Of a stretch of DNA of 64,000 nt, positions 18,769 to 29,558 are shown piece after piece; position 1 is the first letter of the stretch, and each line of letters starts with the position of its first letter. This DNA comes from an uncultured Patescibacteria group bacterium (lineage in GTDB: Bacteria; Patescibacteriota; Microgenomatia; UBA1400; PJMF01), in the NCBI GenBank assembly GCA_905478415.1, contig CAJQIG010000001.1:150098-214097 (forward strand), given 5' to 3'. The notes below the pieces were generated by a model. That model worked only from the letters and a program-made list of their open reading frames with translations, did no database searches and was not told the origin of the DNA. Position numbers and translations under genes: made by a program.

Positions 18769-20458
18769 CGCTTTTAAAACTATCGTCAGTATCCTTTTTA
18801 TTTCTTTTTGTGTTGTATTTGTAAATAAAGCACTCCTTGCTAATGTAGTGTATGAAAGTGACGACTACTTGCATCATGCAGCACGCACAGCCAACTACTA
18901 CTTAGCACTCCAACAAGGGCAATTTCCTGTTAGATGGGCTCCAAATTTAAATGAAAGTTATGGCTATCCATCATTTAACTACATGTACCACACCCCCTAT
19001 ATGGTTGGGAGTGTCTTTCACTTTTTAGGACTTTCAATACAACAAAGTCTTAATTTCTCCGTTTTATTTTCCCTCCTCATTGCAGCAGTCGGTTGCTGGT
19101 TGTTACTCAATTCTTATAAACTATCCTCTCTATGGAAAGTACTCTTAAGTCTTTTCTTCGTCTTAAATCCTTATACCTTACTTTCGGTGTATTGGAGGGG
19201 GGCTATTGGTGAACTTTATTTTTATGCGTTTGTACCACTTTTTTTACTCTGTGTAAGAAAACTCTTACAATCCAAGCTTTTTAAACAAACTTGGAAACTC
19301 TACTTTATCGCCTTGGTTATCTCAACCGGTTTATTAGTGCTATCCCATTTGCCGTCTATGATCTTGCTGGCTCCACTCCTACTCACCGTTCTGTATACAG
19401 AACACAGTGAGACACGTTCTCTTAAGATCTATATTTCACTCATAGTAGCAGGCATATTGGGGTTACTGCTTAGCTCCTGGTATTGGGTGCCAGCTTATTT
19501 TGAACAATGGATGATTGTATACCAAGATGGCACTTCGCTTTTACAACACACAAATCAATTTAGTTCACTCATAGCAATACTCGATATTCGAAGAAACTTT
19601 CTTAGTAGTGAATTTTTTTCAGGGGTAATTAACGTCGGTGGGGTATCACTCTTAGCAATTATTTTTGGGTTAGCTAACTCATTTTTTACTAAAAAAATAC
19701 TCCCGTGGCTAAGTTTGTTGTTGCTAGCTCTTTTTTTCATGCTCAATTATTCTGAAAATGTTTGGGATTCTGTCACCCTTCTGCAGTATGTTCAGTACCC
19801 ATGGAGAATGCTTTGGGTTATAACTATCTGTACTCTATTCATATGGATCCTTCTTTTGCGAGAAAAAAAAATAAGTCATCTCTATAAAAAAATAGCTTTT
19901 GGAGTAATTACATTTAGTGTCTTATTTTCTGTACAAGGTTATGTGGCAACTAAGGGTTCAACAACACGATCAGATTTTGAATGGTACCATACCTTCGCAA
20001 CAGGTTCTAGTTTTGATGAGCACCGACCCATTTGGTCAAAGCAACCTTATTACTTTCCTGAGGAATTGATTTTTGTATATGCAAGTGAATCTGCCACAAT
20101 TTCAAAAGAAAATAATAGGAAACTCATTCATTCTTTTTCTGAGTTACATCCAAGTATTACTTCATTTTCAGGCACAACCATGCAATATGGTATTGAGCCT
20201 GAGCAAGATATCATTGTTCTTCACAAACGCCTTTTTTACCCTGGCTGGGAGGCTTTTCTTGACGAAGAAAAAGTGGATTTTATTAAAAATATCCCCCAAT
20301 ATGAGGGGATTCTTGCAGTTGCAGTGCCAAACCGCAGGGCTTCTCTAGTAATCACTTTTACAGGTGCTACTACTCTAAGAAGAGTAGCAGAATATATTTC
20401 ACTGCTGACCCTTATTGGGTTGGCAACTTTCTTACTGTATCCGCTTAAAAGAAATTAA
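18728..20458 (+). CDS. YfhO/'PTPS-related' membrane protein, putative GT-C
   Basis: RWAPNLNESYGYPSFNY, RGAIGE, QYPWR, FYPGW motifs. Confidence 0.78.
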   Translation: MELRSMNFLKLQSNAFKTIVSILFISFCVVFVNKALLANVVYESDDYLHHAARTANYYLALQQGQFPVRWAPNLNESYGYPSFNYMYHTPYMVGSVFHFLGLSIQQSLNFSVLFSLLIAAVGCWLLLNSYKLSSLWKVLLSLFFVLNPYTLLSVYWRGAIGELYFYAFVPLFLLCVRKLLQSKLFKQTWKLYFIALVISTGLLVLSHLPSMILLAPLLLTVLYTEHSETRSLKIYISLIVAGILGLLLSSWYWVPAYFEQWMIVYQDGTSLLQHTNQFSSLIAILDIRRNFLSSEFFSGVINVGGVSLLAIIFGLANSFFTKKILPWLSLLLLALFFMLNYSENVWDSVTLLQYVQYPWRMLWVITICTLFIWILLLREKKISHLYKKIAFGVITFSVLFSVQGYVATKGSTTRSDFEWYHTFATGSSFDEHRPIWSKQPYYFPEELIFVYASESATISKENNRKLIHSFSELHPSITSFSGTTMQYGIEPEQDIIVLHKRLFYPGWEAFLDEEKVDFIKNIPQYEGILAVAVPNRRASLVITFTGATTLRRVAEYISLLTLIGLATFLLYPLKRN

Positions 20459-22236
20459 TGTTTGCTGAAAAAAGTTTTACAAAAAGCTTCGTCACTCATT
20501 TTTTCAACCGCGAAAGTATTCTTTTTTACTGAGGGGTATGATTGCAAATCAAATTGACTACACAAAGCATCGTTATACAAAACAAAAATAGTACCACTAT
20601 CAATGAGTGATTTTATTTCTGTCACTTTATCTGAATCTGTTGGTGGCTCGCAGGGAGTCTTCGTTAAATGAACGAAGGTAGTAGTATTGTTCGCAACTTC
20701 GCTAATCGATTTAGGGCAGTTACTTAAAAGTGTTATCGAATTAATTTCAAAGTTCTTCGTTTGAGCCGCTGCCATCACTTGTTCTTTATTTTTAGCGGTG
20801 AGTAAGTGATTATAGGTAATCAAGTAATCAAAGGTAGCATCAGCACGATCTGGAATAATCAGTAACTCTGTATCCTTTGCTACCCGTTCGGCATAACTAG
20901 CTACGATACGCTCATAAAAACCAGTATGCGTGGTATGAGTAATTGGGTATCTAAAAAAGTAGATAAAGAAAAAAGGAAGTGTTGCACCCAAATAGATGAA
21001 AATAACTAAAGTTCTAACTCTTGGCTTTAAAGTTTTTAAAAACTGAGTAAACCCAATGCCCATCAGAAGGATCATACCTAAAAAGGTGAACGCTCCCCTG
21101 AAGATAATCCAAGGCAAACCCGTTCTAATGACATTTGGTACTGTCCCAATCACAATAAATACAGCAATGAAGATGACCATTTTGTAGTCTCTTTTTTTCG
21201 TGAATAGAAAAAGAAGACTGATGCTTACTACCAAAATATCTATCAAATGGAAGTAACCATAATCAAGAACGGTGAAAGTGTCAACAGCTCTATCTCCAGA
21301 AATAAATAGGCGTTTGGTATTGAATGAGTTCAAAAACCGCTCACTCAGGTCTTCAGCTAAAACAGTATACTTATTTACAAAAAGTGGGGTTAGGGGAGAA
21401 TTAAGAGTAAGCCGCCTTCTGGTATTTACTTCTGTTGCTAATACAGTTTCATCATAGAAAGAAAATTCTGAGATTCGTTCTCCAGAAGTTAAATGTGGTA
21501 ATCTGACCATATAGGTAACTGTCAACAACAATGAAAATAAAACTAGAATAAAACTAGAAATAACATTGGTATTCTTGAGTAGCTGTGAAAAGGTACTTTT
21601 TATTGAACTCCAAGAGTAGGCATCGAAGACGACATAGAGGAAAGAAATTCCGATCAATGGTACTAGTAATGGCTTATGACCTTGATACTGGAAAAATCCA
21701 AGGAACAGAGGGATCAAAGCCCAGAGTTTGCGCCATTTTTGTTGGTACAGTACTAGCACTATGGCCAAAGAATAAAAGACTACACTAAAAAGTGAATCGT
21801 ATCCCATTCTAGAAAATTGAAAAATCCAAGGGTTTAAGGTTGCGATGGTTGCAGTGGTAATAAAAACTAAAGGGTCTTTCTTAAGCTTATAAGCAATCAA
21901 AGCCAACAACACCGGAAGTAGGCTTCCCAGGAGGAGGGGGATGAATTTGCTTGCCAACACAGGATTGTTTGGAAACAAAATAAACCCGGGTACGAGCATC
22001 GTACTGGTGAGCTCAGTGTAAAAGGCATCTGATGGTTCCAGGTGCCAGGGACGCCAGTTCCCCGTTAGATCTGTGCCATAAGCAACAATACTCTGCGCTT
22101 CTGCAGCATAAATAATTTCGTCATAGGTAGCACCAGGTGGAGTTGAACCAATTGCAAAAAATTTTAGAAGTAGATTAAGACAAAGAAATCCAATAATTAA
22201 GTATTTGATTCTTGAAAGAATATTAGTTTGTACCAT
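20455..22236 (-). CDS. ArnT/PMT-like GT-C glycosyltransferase
   Basis: TYDE after TM1, NPW..FSR; polytopic. Confidence 0.8.
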   Translation of the reverse strand: MVQTNILSRIKYLIIGFLCLNLLLKFFAIGSTPPGATYDEIIYAAEAQSIVAYGTDLTGNWRPWHLEPSDAFYTELTSTMLVPGFILFPNNPVLASKFIPLLLGSLLPVLLALIAYKLKKDPLVFITTATIATLNPWIFQFSRMGYDSLFSVVFYSLAIVLVLYQQKWRKLWALIPLFLGFFQYQGHKPLLVPLIGISFLYVVFDAYSWSSIKSTFSQLLKNTNVISSFILVLFSLLLTVTYMVRLPHLTSGERISEFSFYDETVLATEVNTRRRLTLNSPLTPLFVNKYTVLAEDLSERFLNSFNTKRLFISGDRAVDTFTVLDYGYFHLIDILVVSISLLFLFTKKRDYKMVIFIAVFIVIGTVPNVIRTGLPWIIFRGAFTFLGMILLMGIGFTQFLKTLKPRVRTLVIFIYLGATLPFFFIYFFRYPITHTTHTGFYERIVASYAERVAKDTELLIIPDRADATFDYLITYNHLLTAKNKEQVMAAAQTKNFEINSITLLSNCPKSISEVANNTTTFVHLTKTPCEPPTDSDKVTEIKSLIDSGTIFVLYNDALCSQFDLQSYPSVKKNTFAVEKMSDEAFCKTFFSKH

Positions 22237-23704
22237 ACCAGATGACTTTCCATTCTGAATCCTCTATCTCAAAAATATCTCGAAGACCTTTATCTTTGAA
22301 TGCAACCATGGCATATGATTTGTCTTCTCTTAGTTCTTCATCAGTTGCGGTAGTAATCACAAAAAGGTGTTCTGAAGCATCATACTCACTCGCTGCTCTC
22401 AGGCCTGTATTTTTCATTCTAATATAGTCTCGATATCGTTCTGCTAAAGGAGCGTCATCGTGACTCGCGAGTGCAGCCACATTCGCATTATTTAACTTTT
22501 CTTCTTTAATTGTAGTAATAATTACTTGGCTAGCTTTTGTAAAAACCCGCATGCTTGGAGGCACTTCAGAAATGGTTAACTGAGATTTTATCGTTAGCAG
22601 TGATCCTAGAATCATAATGAAAAAAATTATATTACTCAGTGCTGTATTGATTCGCTCTTTTCGAGGAATAAGTAGCCAAACAAAAAGAAAGGCTAAGCTC
22701 GAAAACACATACCGAATTTGAAAATCATCTAATATTATCCCACCGAGAATAATTGATGTAGCTGGAATAAACCAAGTCATTGTTCGGTAAAAATACTTTT
22801 TATATTCAAGTAAAAATAATGAGACTATAGAAGTTCCCAATAATAACTGTAAAAACGAGTTTTGTACAAAGGCTGATAGATATACTGAGACATTTCGTTT
22901 TAAGTGGTCAACAATCAAACCTATGCTCATCTGAGACTCAACATGGGGGGTACTTCCACCAGTTAAGTACCTCCCGAAGAAGAGACCGGGTGGATTTTTG
23001 AGATCAAAAAGAACAAAAATGAGATGTGGCAATAGATAACCTACTACCAATAATAGTACTGACTTATAGTTTCTCTTTCGTAACATTGGAAGTGAAATGA
23101 ACAAGAGAAACGGAGCTGTAGTGATCAGTGCCACATAATGATGGTGGAACATTGCTCCTAATGCTATCCCAATACTCAAGTATGCTATCGAACCTATTCG
23201 CTTTCTATACTGATATATCAATAGTGCCAACGATGCCCAAAAAACAACAAAGTGAGGATTCCAAGCCCAACGACTCATTAAAACCAGTGGGAACCAAACA
23301 CTAATCAATACTGCAGCCATACCACTCTTTTTTATATCAATTGATCGAGCTAGGAGGAATAAGAACACTGCTGTCAAAACACCTAAAAAAGCCATTCCAT
23401 ACACTGGAGATACAGGGGTAAAGTCATAGGCTATGGCGAATGGCATAACTAAGTAGTAACTCAAAGAACTAAAAACTTTACTTCGATCATTAGAGATAGG
23501 ACCAATCAATGAGATTTGCTTGTTCTTATAGTACTGCTCCATTCTGGCTAAATCACTTGATTCATCTTGAGTAAAACGAGCCGTACCTTCCAAGTTATAA
23601 AAGCGAGTGAAAATAACAGCTAGTAAGAAAAGAAACAGAAAAAATCTTGTCCTTCTTGAGGTGTTCTTGAGTGCCAGCAAGCATTTTTGAATAAGTCTCT
23701 TCAT
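22223..23704 (-). CDS. ArnT/PMT-like GT-C glycosyltransferase
   Basis: TQDE..D, LIGP, SRWAWNP motifs. Confidence 0.8.
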   Translation of the reverse strand: MKRLIQKCLLALKNTSRRTRFFLFLFLLAVIFTRFYNLEGTARFTQDESSDLARMEQYYKNKQISLIGPISNDRSKVFSSLSYYLVMPFAIAYDFTPVSPVYGMAFLGVLTAVFLFLLARSIDIKKSGMAAVLISVWFPLVLMSRWAWNPHFVVFWASLALLIYQYRKRIGSIAYLSIGIALGAMFHHHYVALITTAPFLLFISLPMLRKRNYKSVLLLVVGYLLPHLIFVLFDLKNPPGLFFGRYLTGGSTPHVESQMSIGLIVDHLKRNVSVYLSAFVQNSFLQLLLGTSIVSLFLLEYKKYFYRTMTWFIPATSIILGGIILDDFQIRYVFSSLAFLFVWLLIPRKERINTALSNIIFFIMILGSLLTIKSQLTISEVPPSMRVFTKASQVIITTIKEEKLNNANVAALASHDDAPLAERYRDYIRMKNTGLRAASEYDASEHLFVITTATDEELREDKSYAMVAFKDKGLRDIFEIEDSEWKVIWYGTN

Positions 23705-23728
23705 GTAACTACTCTATCTTTCCATGGG

Positions 23729-24295
23729 TCATAGTGTCAATTGGGTGACGTTATACCACTGTTGATTTTTAATAAGTTCTCTCTCTTTAGACGTATAGTC
23801 AAACATGCCGTTCACTCGTTGCATTTCTTCTGTAGAAGTGATGAACACGAACAAGTACTGCGATTGGTTTATTTTAGTTAGAATAAAAGAGTCACTTTCT
23901 AAAAGAATTTCACCTGTACTAGCAGCTTTAAATTCATTCAATCTTACCCTTGTATCACCTAGTAAAAGGCCATCCATGCTTGTTAAGTATTCCGATGTAT
24001 AGAAAAGAAGTGGCGTGCTCTCTTCTTCTAAAGAAGTAATTCTAAAAGTGGTGAAAAAATCAGTATTTTTTTCTTCACGAGTAAAAGCACCTGGGCTAAA
24101 ACGTTCACGAAATTGCCAATACACTTCTGGATCTAAACCGTTTGTCTTTAGTTGGGTTTGAAACTCAGTAAAGAGCTTTGTTCTATACCAAGTTGAATAT
24201 TGAGCCTTTACATCTGGGTGCCTCAAAAAAGCAATCGTGAGAATTAAGAACGTAAGTACTATCAAAAAAAGTGTATTTGAAGACTTTTTATTCAT
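23729..24295 (-). CDS. Hypothetical protein with N-terminal TM anchor
   Basis: 188-aa ORF; ATG 6 nt after TATAAT. Confidence 0.7.
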   Translation of the reverse strand: MNKKSSNTLFLIVLTFLILTIAFLRHPDVKAQYSTWYRTKLFTEFQTQLKTNGLDPEVYWQFRERFSPGAFTREEKNTDFFTTFRITSLEEESTPLLFYTSEYLTSMDGLLLGDTRVRLNEFKAASTGEILLESDSFILTKINQSQYLFVFITSTEEMQRVNGMFDYTSKERELIKNQQWYNVTQLTL

Positions 24296-24333
24296 ACATT
24301 CATTATAGCACTTTTCTACTGTATACTTGAGCT

Positions 24334-25998
24334 ATGAAGTTAGATAAAAGACTGATTCTTTGTATGTTAGTGCTCCTGGCACTGATAAGTGTGGCTGATT
24401 TACTGATCCGACCGGGACACCCCGTAACTTTTGATGGCCATATTCATATGACTACCATGAATCAATTCGCACAAAGCCTTGCTGACGGTGAATTTCCTGT
24501 TACCTGGTCAAATAACTTTGCCAACTTTGGACTTCCTCTGCCACTGTTTGCTCATCAACTGCCTGCCTACTTAGGTGCTGTGCTCATTCTACTTGGAGCT
24601 TCTACAGAAACCGCGTACACAGTGCTTGTTACTTTTTCACTTATCGGGGCCACGATTTTATTTTATGTTTTTTTTCGAAAATATGCAAACCAATTAGTCT
24701 CGCTTACTGCAACAGGTATAGCAACATTTTTTCCTTATCGAGCTTTAAACATTTACACTAGAGGAGCTCTTCCAGAAATCATGAGCACGTTATTCTTGCC
24801 AATAGTATTCCTAAGTATTTGGAATCTGCAACATAAGAAGTATCATCTTGCCTTGGGACTGCTATTTATGAGCACACTAGGAATTGCGCTAACGCACCCA
24901 ATGATGCTGCTGATCTTTTTTATACCACTCTCACTCTATTTTTTAAGTGGCCTTGATAAAAGAACTGCCTTAAAACAAGTAGTTATAGCAGCCAGTAGTG
25001 TAGGCTTAGCATTACTGGCTGCAAGCTACTACCTTCTCCCACTTTTTTTAGAAATGAAGTATTTCTATCAAGCAAATATTCAGTCAAGTATTGTAAATGA
25101 TGGTTTTCTATCACTCACTCAACTCTATAGTACACAATGGTTTTACACCTTCACACACCCTGGCCCTAGAGGAAACTTTATTAAACTAGGTCTCTTTGAG
25201 CTCAGTATCTTTATAGCTAGTCTCATAGTACTTTTTTTATCTCAAGTAGATCCAATAAAGAAATATGTTAAAAAGAAAGCACTACCCGAGTTGAAAACTT
25301 GGATTGCCATGTCAGTTATGAGCCTGCTCTTATTACTACCAGTAACCAAACTCCTCTACACTTTGCCGCTCGTAGATAAAATTCAGTATCCATGGAGGTT
25401 TTTAAATGTCTTACAATTCTTATTACCTGGTCTTTTTGTGATGCTAACACAAGCAGTTCCAAAACTTCAAAATAAAATTGTATTAGTAACACTCCTAGCA
25501 CTCGTTCTTTGGCTTAGAGTACCAGAGTTTTATGGAAAAAATTATATTGTTCAACCGGAATCAGATTATGCCTTTACTACAGCCAACTTGCACAGTCTTA
25601 ATATGAACCCTGTCTGGACAGGAAACAGTGAGGAATACCCAACAAAAGAAGTACAAGCTGAAATTATTGAGGGAACTGGAACTTTAGAAATCAGCACAGC
25701 TAAAAATGCCAGTAGAGAGTACCAAATAGACTCTGAAACTGAGATTAGAATGATAGATTACACCTTCTACTTCCCTGGGTGGAACGTTTTTGTAGACGGA
25801 AATCCAGTTGAGATTGAATACCAAGATACTAGGTATCGTGGGCTGATTACCTATCGGGTCCCAGCGGGAAAACATACTTTAAGTGTTATCTATAGTCCAA
25901 CAAGAATACGACTTTTGAGTGGCGTCCTTTCAGGACTTGGCCTCTTTATATTTGGACTTCTCTCTATTGTAACTAAAAAAAAGAAGCTATTGCTCTAA
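24334..25998 (+). CDS. YfhO/'PTPS-related' membrane protein, putative GT-C
   Basis: FDGHIH, WSNNFANFGLPL, RGALPE, QYPWRF, YFPGW motifs. Confidence 0.78.
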   Translation: MKLDKRLILCMLVLLALISVADLLIRPGHPVTFDGHIHMTTMNQFAQSLADGEFPVTWSNNFANFGLPLPLFAHQLPAYLGAVLILLGASTETAYTVLVTFSLIGATILFYVFFRKYANQLVSLTATGIATFFPYRALNIYTRGALPEIMSTLFLPIVFLSIWNLQHKKYHLALGLLFMSTLGIALTHPMMLLIFFIPLSLYFLSGLDKRTALKQVVIAASSVGLALLAASYYLLPLFLEMKYFYQANIQSSIVNDGFLSLTQLYSTQWFYTFTHPGPRGNFIKLGLFELSIFIASLIVLFLSQVDPIKKYVKKKALPELKTWIAMSVMSLLLLLPVTKLLYTLPLVDKIQYPWRFLNVLQFLLPGLFVMLTQAVPKLQNKIVLVTLLALVLWLRVPEFYGKNYIVQPESDYAFTTANLHSLNMNPVWTGNSEEYPTKEVQAEIIEGTGTLEISTAKNASREYQIDSETEIRMIDYTFYFPGWNVFVDGNPVEIEYQDTRYRGLITYRVPAGKHTLSVIYSPTRIRLLSGVLSGLGLFIFGLLSIVTKKKKLLL

Positions 25999-27924
25999 AG
26001 TAATAGCCGTAATTGATCCATATTTTTCGCCTGTTATTTGCAACATTTTGAGCACTTTATCTGTTAATGAAGCATCTGTACAAATAATTTTCGTCACTCT
26101 ATCTTTTTCAAGTAGTTCTGTAAAATCCGCGACGTTATTTTGATCAATGATTTCAGCTACTCGCTTTGCTTTTGACTGATCACTTCCAACCAATGTTAGC
26201 TGAGAAGGGTTTGCAACATAGACTTCTGCTGGAGTTATAGCTTTCACTAGAGCAGATTTATACAAGGTGCTTCCTTCTGGGCAAATAAGTACATGATCAC
26301 TAGCAGATAATGAGCGTAAGTACTGAACTTCTTCAGCTGGCAGTACATAAGGTGATCTATTTTTATCTACTATTGTTTTTACGCTTGTAGGTATCGCTAA
26401 AACAAAAAGAAGCAGGGAGACAAAAACTACTGTAAGAGTTGATTTGTTCTTAAGTAGTTCCGAAATAAAAAGTGCAACCAAAACGTTGGCAAAAATCAAA
26501 GCATAGTACCAAAATTGAATAGAGTTCCAAACGGTCCCTCTCTGTAGAAACAATAAAGGAAACACAGAACTAAATAAGAAGCCAAAAAAAACATAACTCA
26601 ATACGGGATTGTTTGAAAAAAACTTTTTTCTGATTATAGCTAAGATGGGTAAACCGAGAAAGAAAGATCGAATGCCTAAATTACCAAGATAAAAGACTGC
26701 TAACTTTCTAGCTTCAAGAAAATATAGACGTAGCCAATTCTTCTTCCAAAGGTAGTGATCCTGCAAAAACTTCCATTCTAAATAATTTACTCTGTCTGGA
26801 CTCTCAATCATTGTATTCGTAAACCAGAGCGGTTCATAAAAGAACGAGTTCCCTTTAAAACGGGTAATTAACCATACTAAGGGGACAGAAAGAGTCACAT
26901 AGAAAATACCCGTTAGAATAGTTCTTAGTGACTTTTTTGTAATAAGCTCTACAAGTAAAAAGACTCCATAAATTGCAGTCAAAAGTACCCAAGCATAACT
27001 TTTAAAACCAATACTTGTGGCTGCTAATAAACTAAGTACTATATGGAACTTTAAGGCATCACTTTTTTTCAATTGTATGTTGCTTATTAAGTGAAGAATG
27101 AAAATAAAGATATAAGTAATACCCAACGTGTAAATGACCTGAGGATTAACCATCATTACCAGTGTTTGGCTAACCCAAAAACTAGACTCATGCCAAGCCC
27201 TTCCAGGAATAAATAGTGGAATCAAATAAGCAAAACTTCCCGAAAAAACAGTAAAGGTTGTTAAATAATAAGCTGCCAATACTCCATGCATTCTTTTCCC
27301 TAGCACAAAGGCTGCTGAAGATATAAAGACTCCTAAGAAAACTACGGAATACTGATAGTATAAAGTAAAAAGAGAAATGCGAGAGAAATAGGTGAGGCTT
27401 GCTAAAAAGAGATCATAAAAATAGTGATAACTATTTAATAAAATACTCGGATCAGATGGATGTTTGGGTGGAACTGAGGTAAGTAAATTTTCAACCAAAC
27501 TAATGTGCCAAACACTATCGTGAACTTCTTGCAAACGGAGGGAACCATCTCTAGTTGCACCACTAAAACCAATAGTACTCGCAAGTACTAAAGTACATAC
27601 AAGAAAAAACCCCACAAGCAACTTGTTTTTAAAAACCTGCTTCTTAACAGACTTTAGATACTTAAAAAATTGTTTGAAGTTAGTCAGGCTCAGGGCACCT
27701 GTTAACACTAGTGTCCAGTAGGTATTGGTGCTAATAAATTGCCCTAAAAGAGCCATAACACTGACTACTAGAGAGATACTTATCGCAGTAGCCAGTACTC
27801 CTCTTTCAAGTAGTGAAAGTGTGATTTTTAGATTGAGTTTAGAAAGTAGCCAGAGTCCAAATCCAAAATATGAAATCAAGAAAATGATAAGGGTCATTAG
27901 AAAAGTCATGAAAGTAACTACCAT
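25987..27924 (-). CDS. Polytopic membrane protein, putative GT-C glycosyltransferase
   Basis: HDSVWH in the first loop, YHYFYD; many TM helices. Confidence 0.65.
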   Translation of the reverse strand: MVVTFMTFLMTLIIFLISYFGFGLWLLSKLNLKITLSLLERGVLATAISISLVVSVMALLGQFISTNTYWTLVLTGALSLTNFKQFFKYLKSVKKQVFKNKLLVGFFLVCTLVLASTIGFSGATRDGSLRLQEVHDSVWHISLVENLLTSVPPKHPSDPSILLNSYHYFYDLFLASLTYFSRISLFTLYYQYSVVFLGVFISSAAFVLGKRMHGVLAAYYLTTFTVFSGSFAYLIPLFIPGRAWHESSFWVSQTLVMMVNPQVIYTLGITYIFIFILHLISNIQLKKSDALKFHIVLSLLAATSIGFKSYAWVLLTAIYGVFLLVELITKKSLRTILTGIFYVTLSVPLVWLITRFKGNSFFYEPLWFTNTMIESPDRVNYLEWKFLQDHYLWKKNWLRLYFLEARKLAVFYLGNLGIRSFFLGLPILAIIRKKFFSNNPVLSYVFFGFLFSSVFPLLFLQRGTVWNSIQFWYYALIFANVLVALFISELLKNKSTLTVVFVSLLLFVLAIPTSVKTIVDKNRSPYVLPAEEVQYLRSLSASDHVLICPEGSTLYKSALVKAITPAEVYVANPSQLTLVGSDQSKAKRVAEIIDQNNVADFTELLEKDRVTKIICTDASLTDKVLKMLQITGEKYGSITAITLEQ

Positions 27925-27925
27925 A

Positions 27926-29548
27926 CTATTCTTCCTTGGTTCTATATATTTGAAACTTCATTTCATGGTCTGAACCATAAATAATATGATCTGCTTTTTC
28001 TAGAGGGAGCTCATCTTGATTACTTCCAACAATCAGAGCATTCTTTCTAGAAAGATCACTTATTGTTATGTCATCATAAAACTCATACTTAATCAATGAA
28101 CCACCTTGATACCAGATGGGGTTCGTTTTTCTTGCAAAAAGAGCATAAATGTATGGTTGCCCATAGTCTGAAGTAAAAATAATTGTATCGACTTCATTAA
28201 CACCCTCTCCATATTCGTACTTCTTGACTATCTCAAAAGCATCTAAATATCCATCTTTAAAGCCCTCAGCTGACTCTGCTGCAAAAGTAGTAAAGTAGTG
28301 ACCTAAAAAAGCAATAAAGAACATACTGTGCACCATTAAGAATAAACCCACAATTGAAGTCACAATAATGTTTTTTTCTCCATGAGAACCTCGAGCACTT
28401 TTATTCATTGCTCTCACTCTTACTTTTTTAAGCACATAGTCTAAACCATAGACGGCTAACATGATGAAGCCTGGTAGTGCCAACAGAGATCTATTACTAT
28501 GAGGTACTTCTGAAGAAACACTAGCCGGTAGAAAACCAATGACAACTATCAGTATAAAAAGTGCCATTTGTTTTCTGTGCATCTTTTCTTTTAGAAACCG
28601 AACCAACCCCGCTAAAATCAGCACTAGCGTTGTTATAAATAAAACTCCTAGGTACCCTGTTCCATGTCGGAGGGTCGTTGTTTCTCCAAAAAGAAGAAAC
28701 TGTGGTGAAAAATGTGCCCCGTAGTTTTTTAAAATTAAAAAAACTTTGTCTTGAAAAGATATATCTTCAAAGACAATGCTGACTCCAGCTCGAGTTAAAC
28801 CTTCTCCATATAATGAATCTTTAATCAAAGGTATGAGTAAAACAACAAATGCCACAGCTAATGTTACTACCTTACGAATATTTTTAATAACAGAAGCAAA
28901 ATAAAATATAAAAAGAGCTACGAGCATTAACGGCACTACTACTTTGGAACTATGGTAGGCATACATCGACCCAGCAAAGCCAAGTATTGTTAGCAAAGAA
29001 GCTGTTTTATCTGCAAAAAGAGTATGTAGTGATTTGAAGAAACCATACAGGCCCCAAATAAATAAGGTTAGCGCGATTCCCGATTCAAAACCAGTCCGAG
29101 AATAGTGGAAATGCCATGGAGATGTAGCAATGAGAAATCCAGCAAATAATGCATAGTGTTTTGCATACTTATGTTTTAAAAATACTTCCTTTGTAAGTAA
29201 CACAGTACCTAATATTCCAAAAATTGAAAAAATAAAAAATGGTAGTCTGACAGCAAAAAGGTTCATTCCAAAAACAAAAGTGAAAAAGCCACTTAGGTAT
29301 ATTGCCAATGGTGCTTTATAGTCTCCAAAGGATCTGAAACTAACAGGAAGCCTTGTTAACCATTCGTCTCTCCTGGTAGTAAAAATTGCAGAGCCATTAT
29401 ATCCAATTGCAGCTTCATCCCAAGTCATACCATGTGGGACAGATCCTAGTTGATAAAAGCGAAAAGCACCCGCTATAAAAAGAATTGCCAGCAATGATAC
29501 AAGATACCAATTTTTTTTAAAAAATGCAGTCATAACTACGACATCCAC
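27926..29548 (-). CDS. ArnT/PMT-like GT-C glycosyltransferase
   Basis: TWDEAAIGYN, RDEW, FGDYKAP, SPWHFHYSR motifs. Confidence 0.85.
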   Translation of the reverse strand: MDVVVMTAFFKKNWYLVSLLAILFIAGAFRFYQLGSVPHGMTWDEAAIGYNGSAIFTTRRDEWLTRLPVSFRSFGDYKAPLAIYLSGFFTFVFGMNLFAVRLPFFIFSIFGILGTVLLTKEVFLKHKYAKHYALFAGFLIATSPWHFHYSRTGFESGIALTLFIWGLYGFFKSLHTLFADKTASLLTILGFAGSMYAYHSSKVVVPLMLVALFIFYFASVIKNIRKVVTLAVAFVVLLIPLIKDSLYGEGLTRAGVSIVFEDISFQDKVFLILKNYGAHFSPQFLLFGETTTLRHGTGYLGVLFITTLVLILAGLVRFLKEKMHRKQMALFILIVVIGFLPASVSSEVPHSNRSLLALPGFIMLAVYGLDYVLKKVRVRAMNKSARGSHGEKNIIVTSIVGLFLMVHSMFFIAFLGHYFTTFAAESAEGFKDGYLDAFEIVKKYEYGEGVNEVDTIIFTSDYGQPYIYALFARKTNPIWYQGGSLIKYEFYDDITISDLSRKNALIVGSNQDELPLEKADHIIYGSDHEMKFQIYRTKEE

Positions 29549-29558
29549 TCACTAAGTC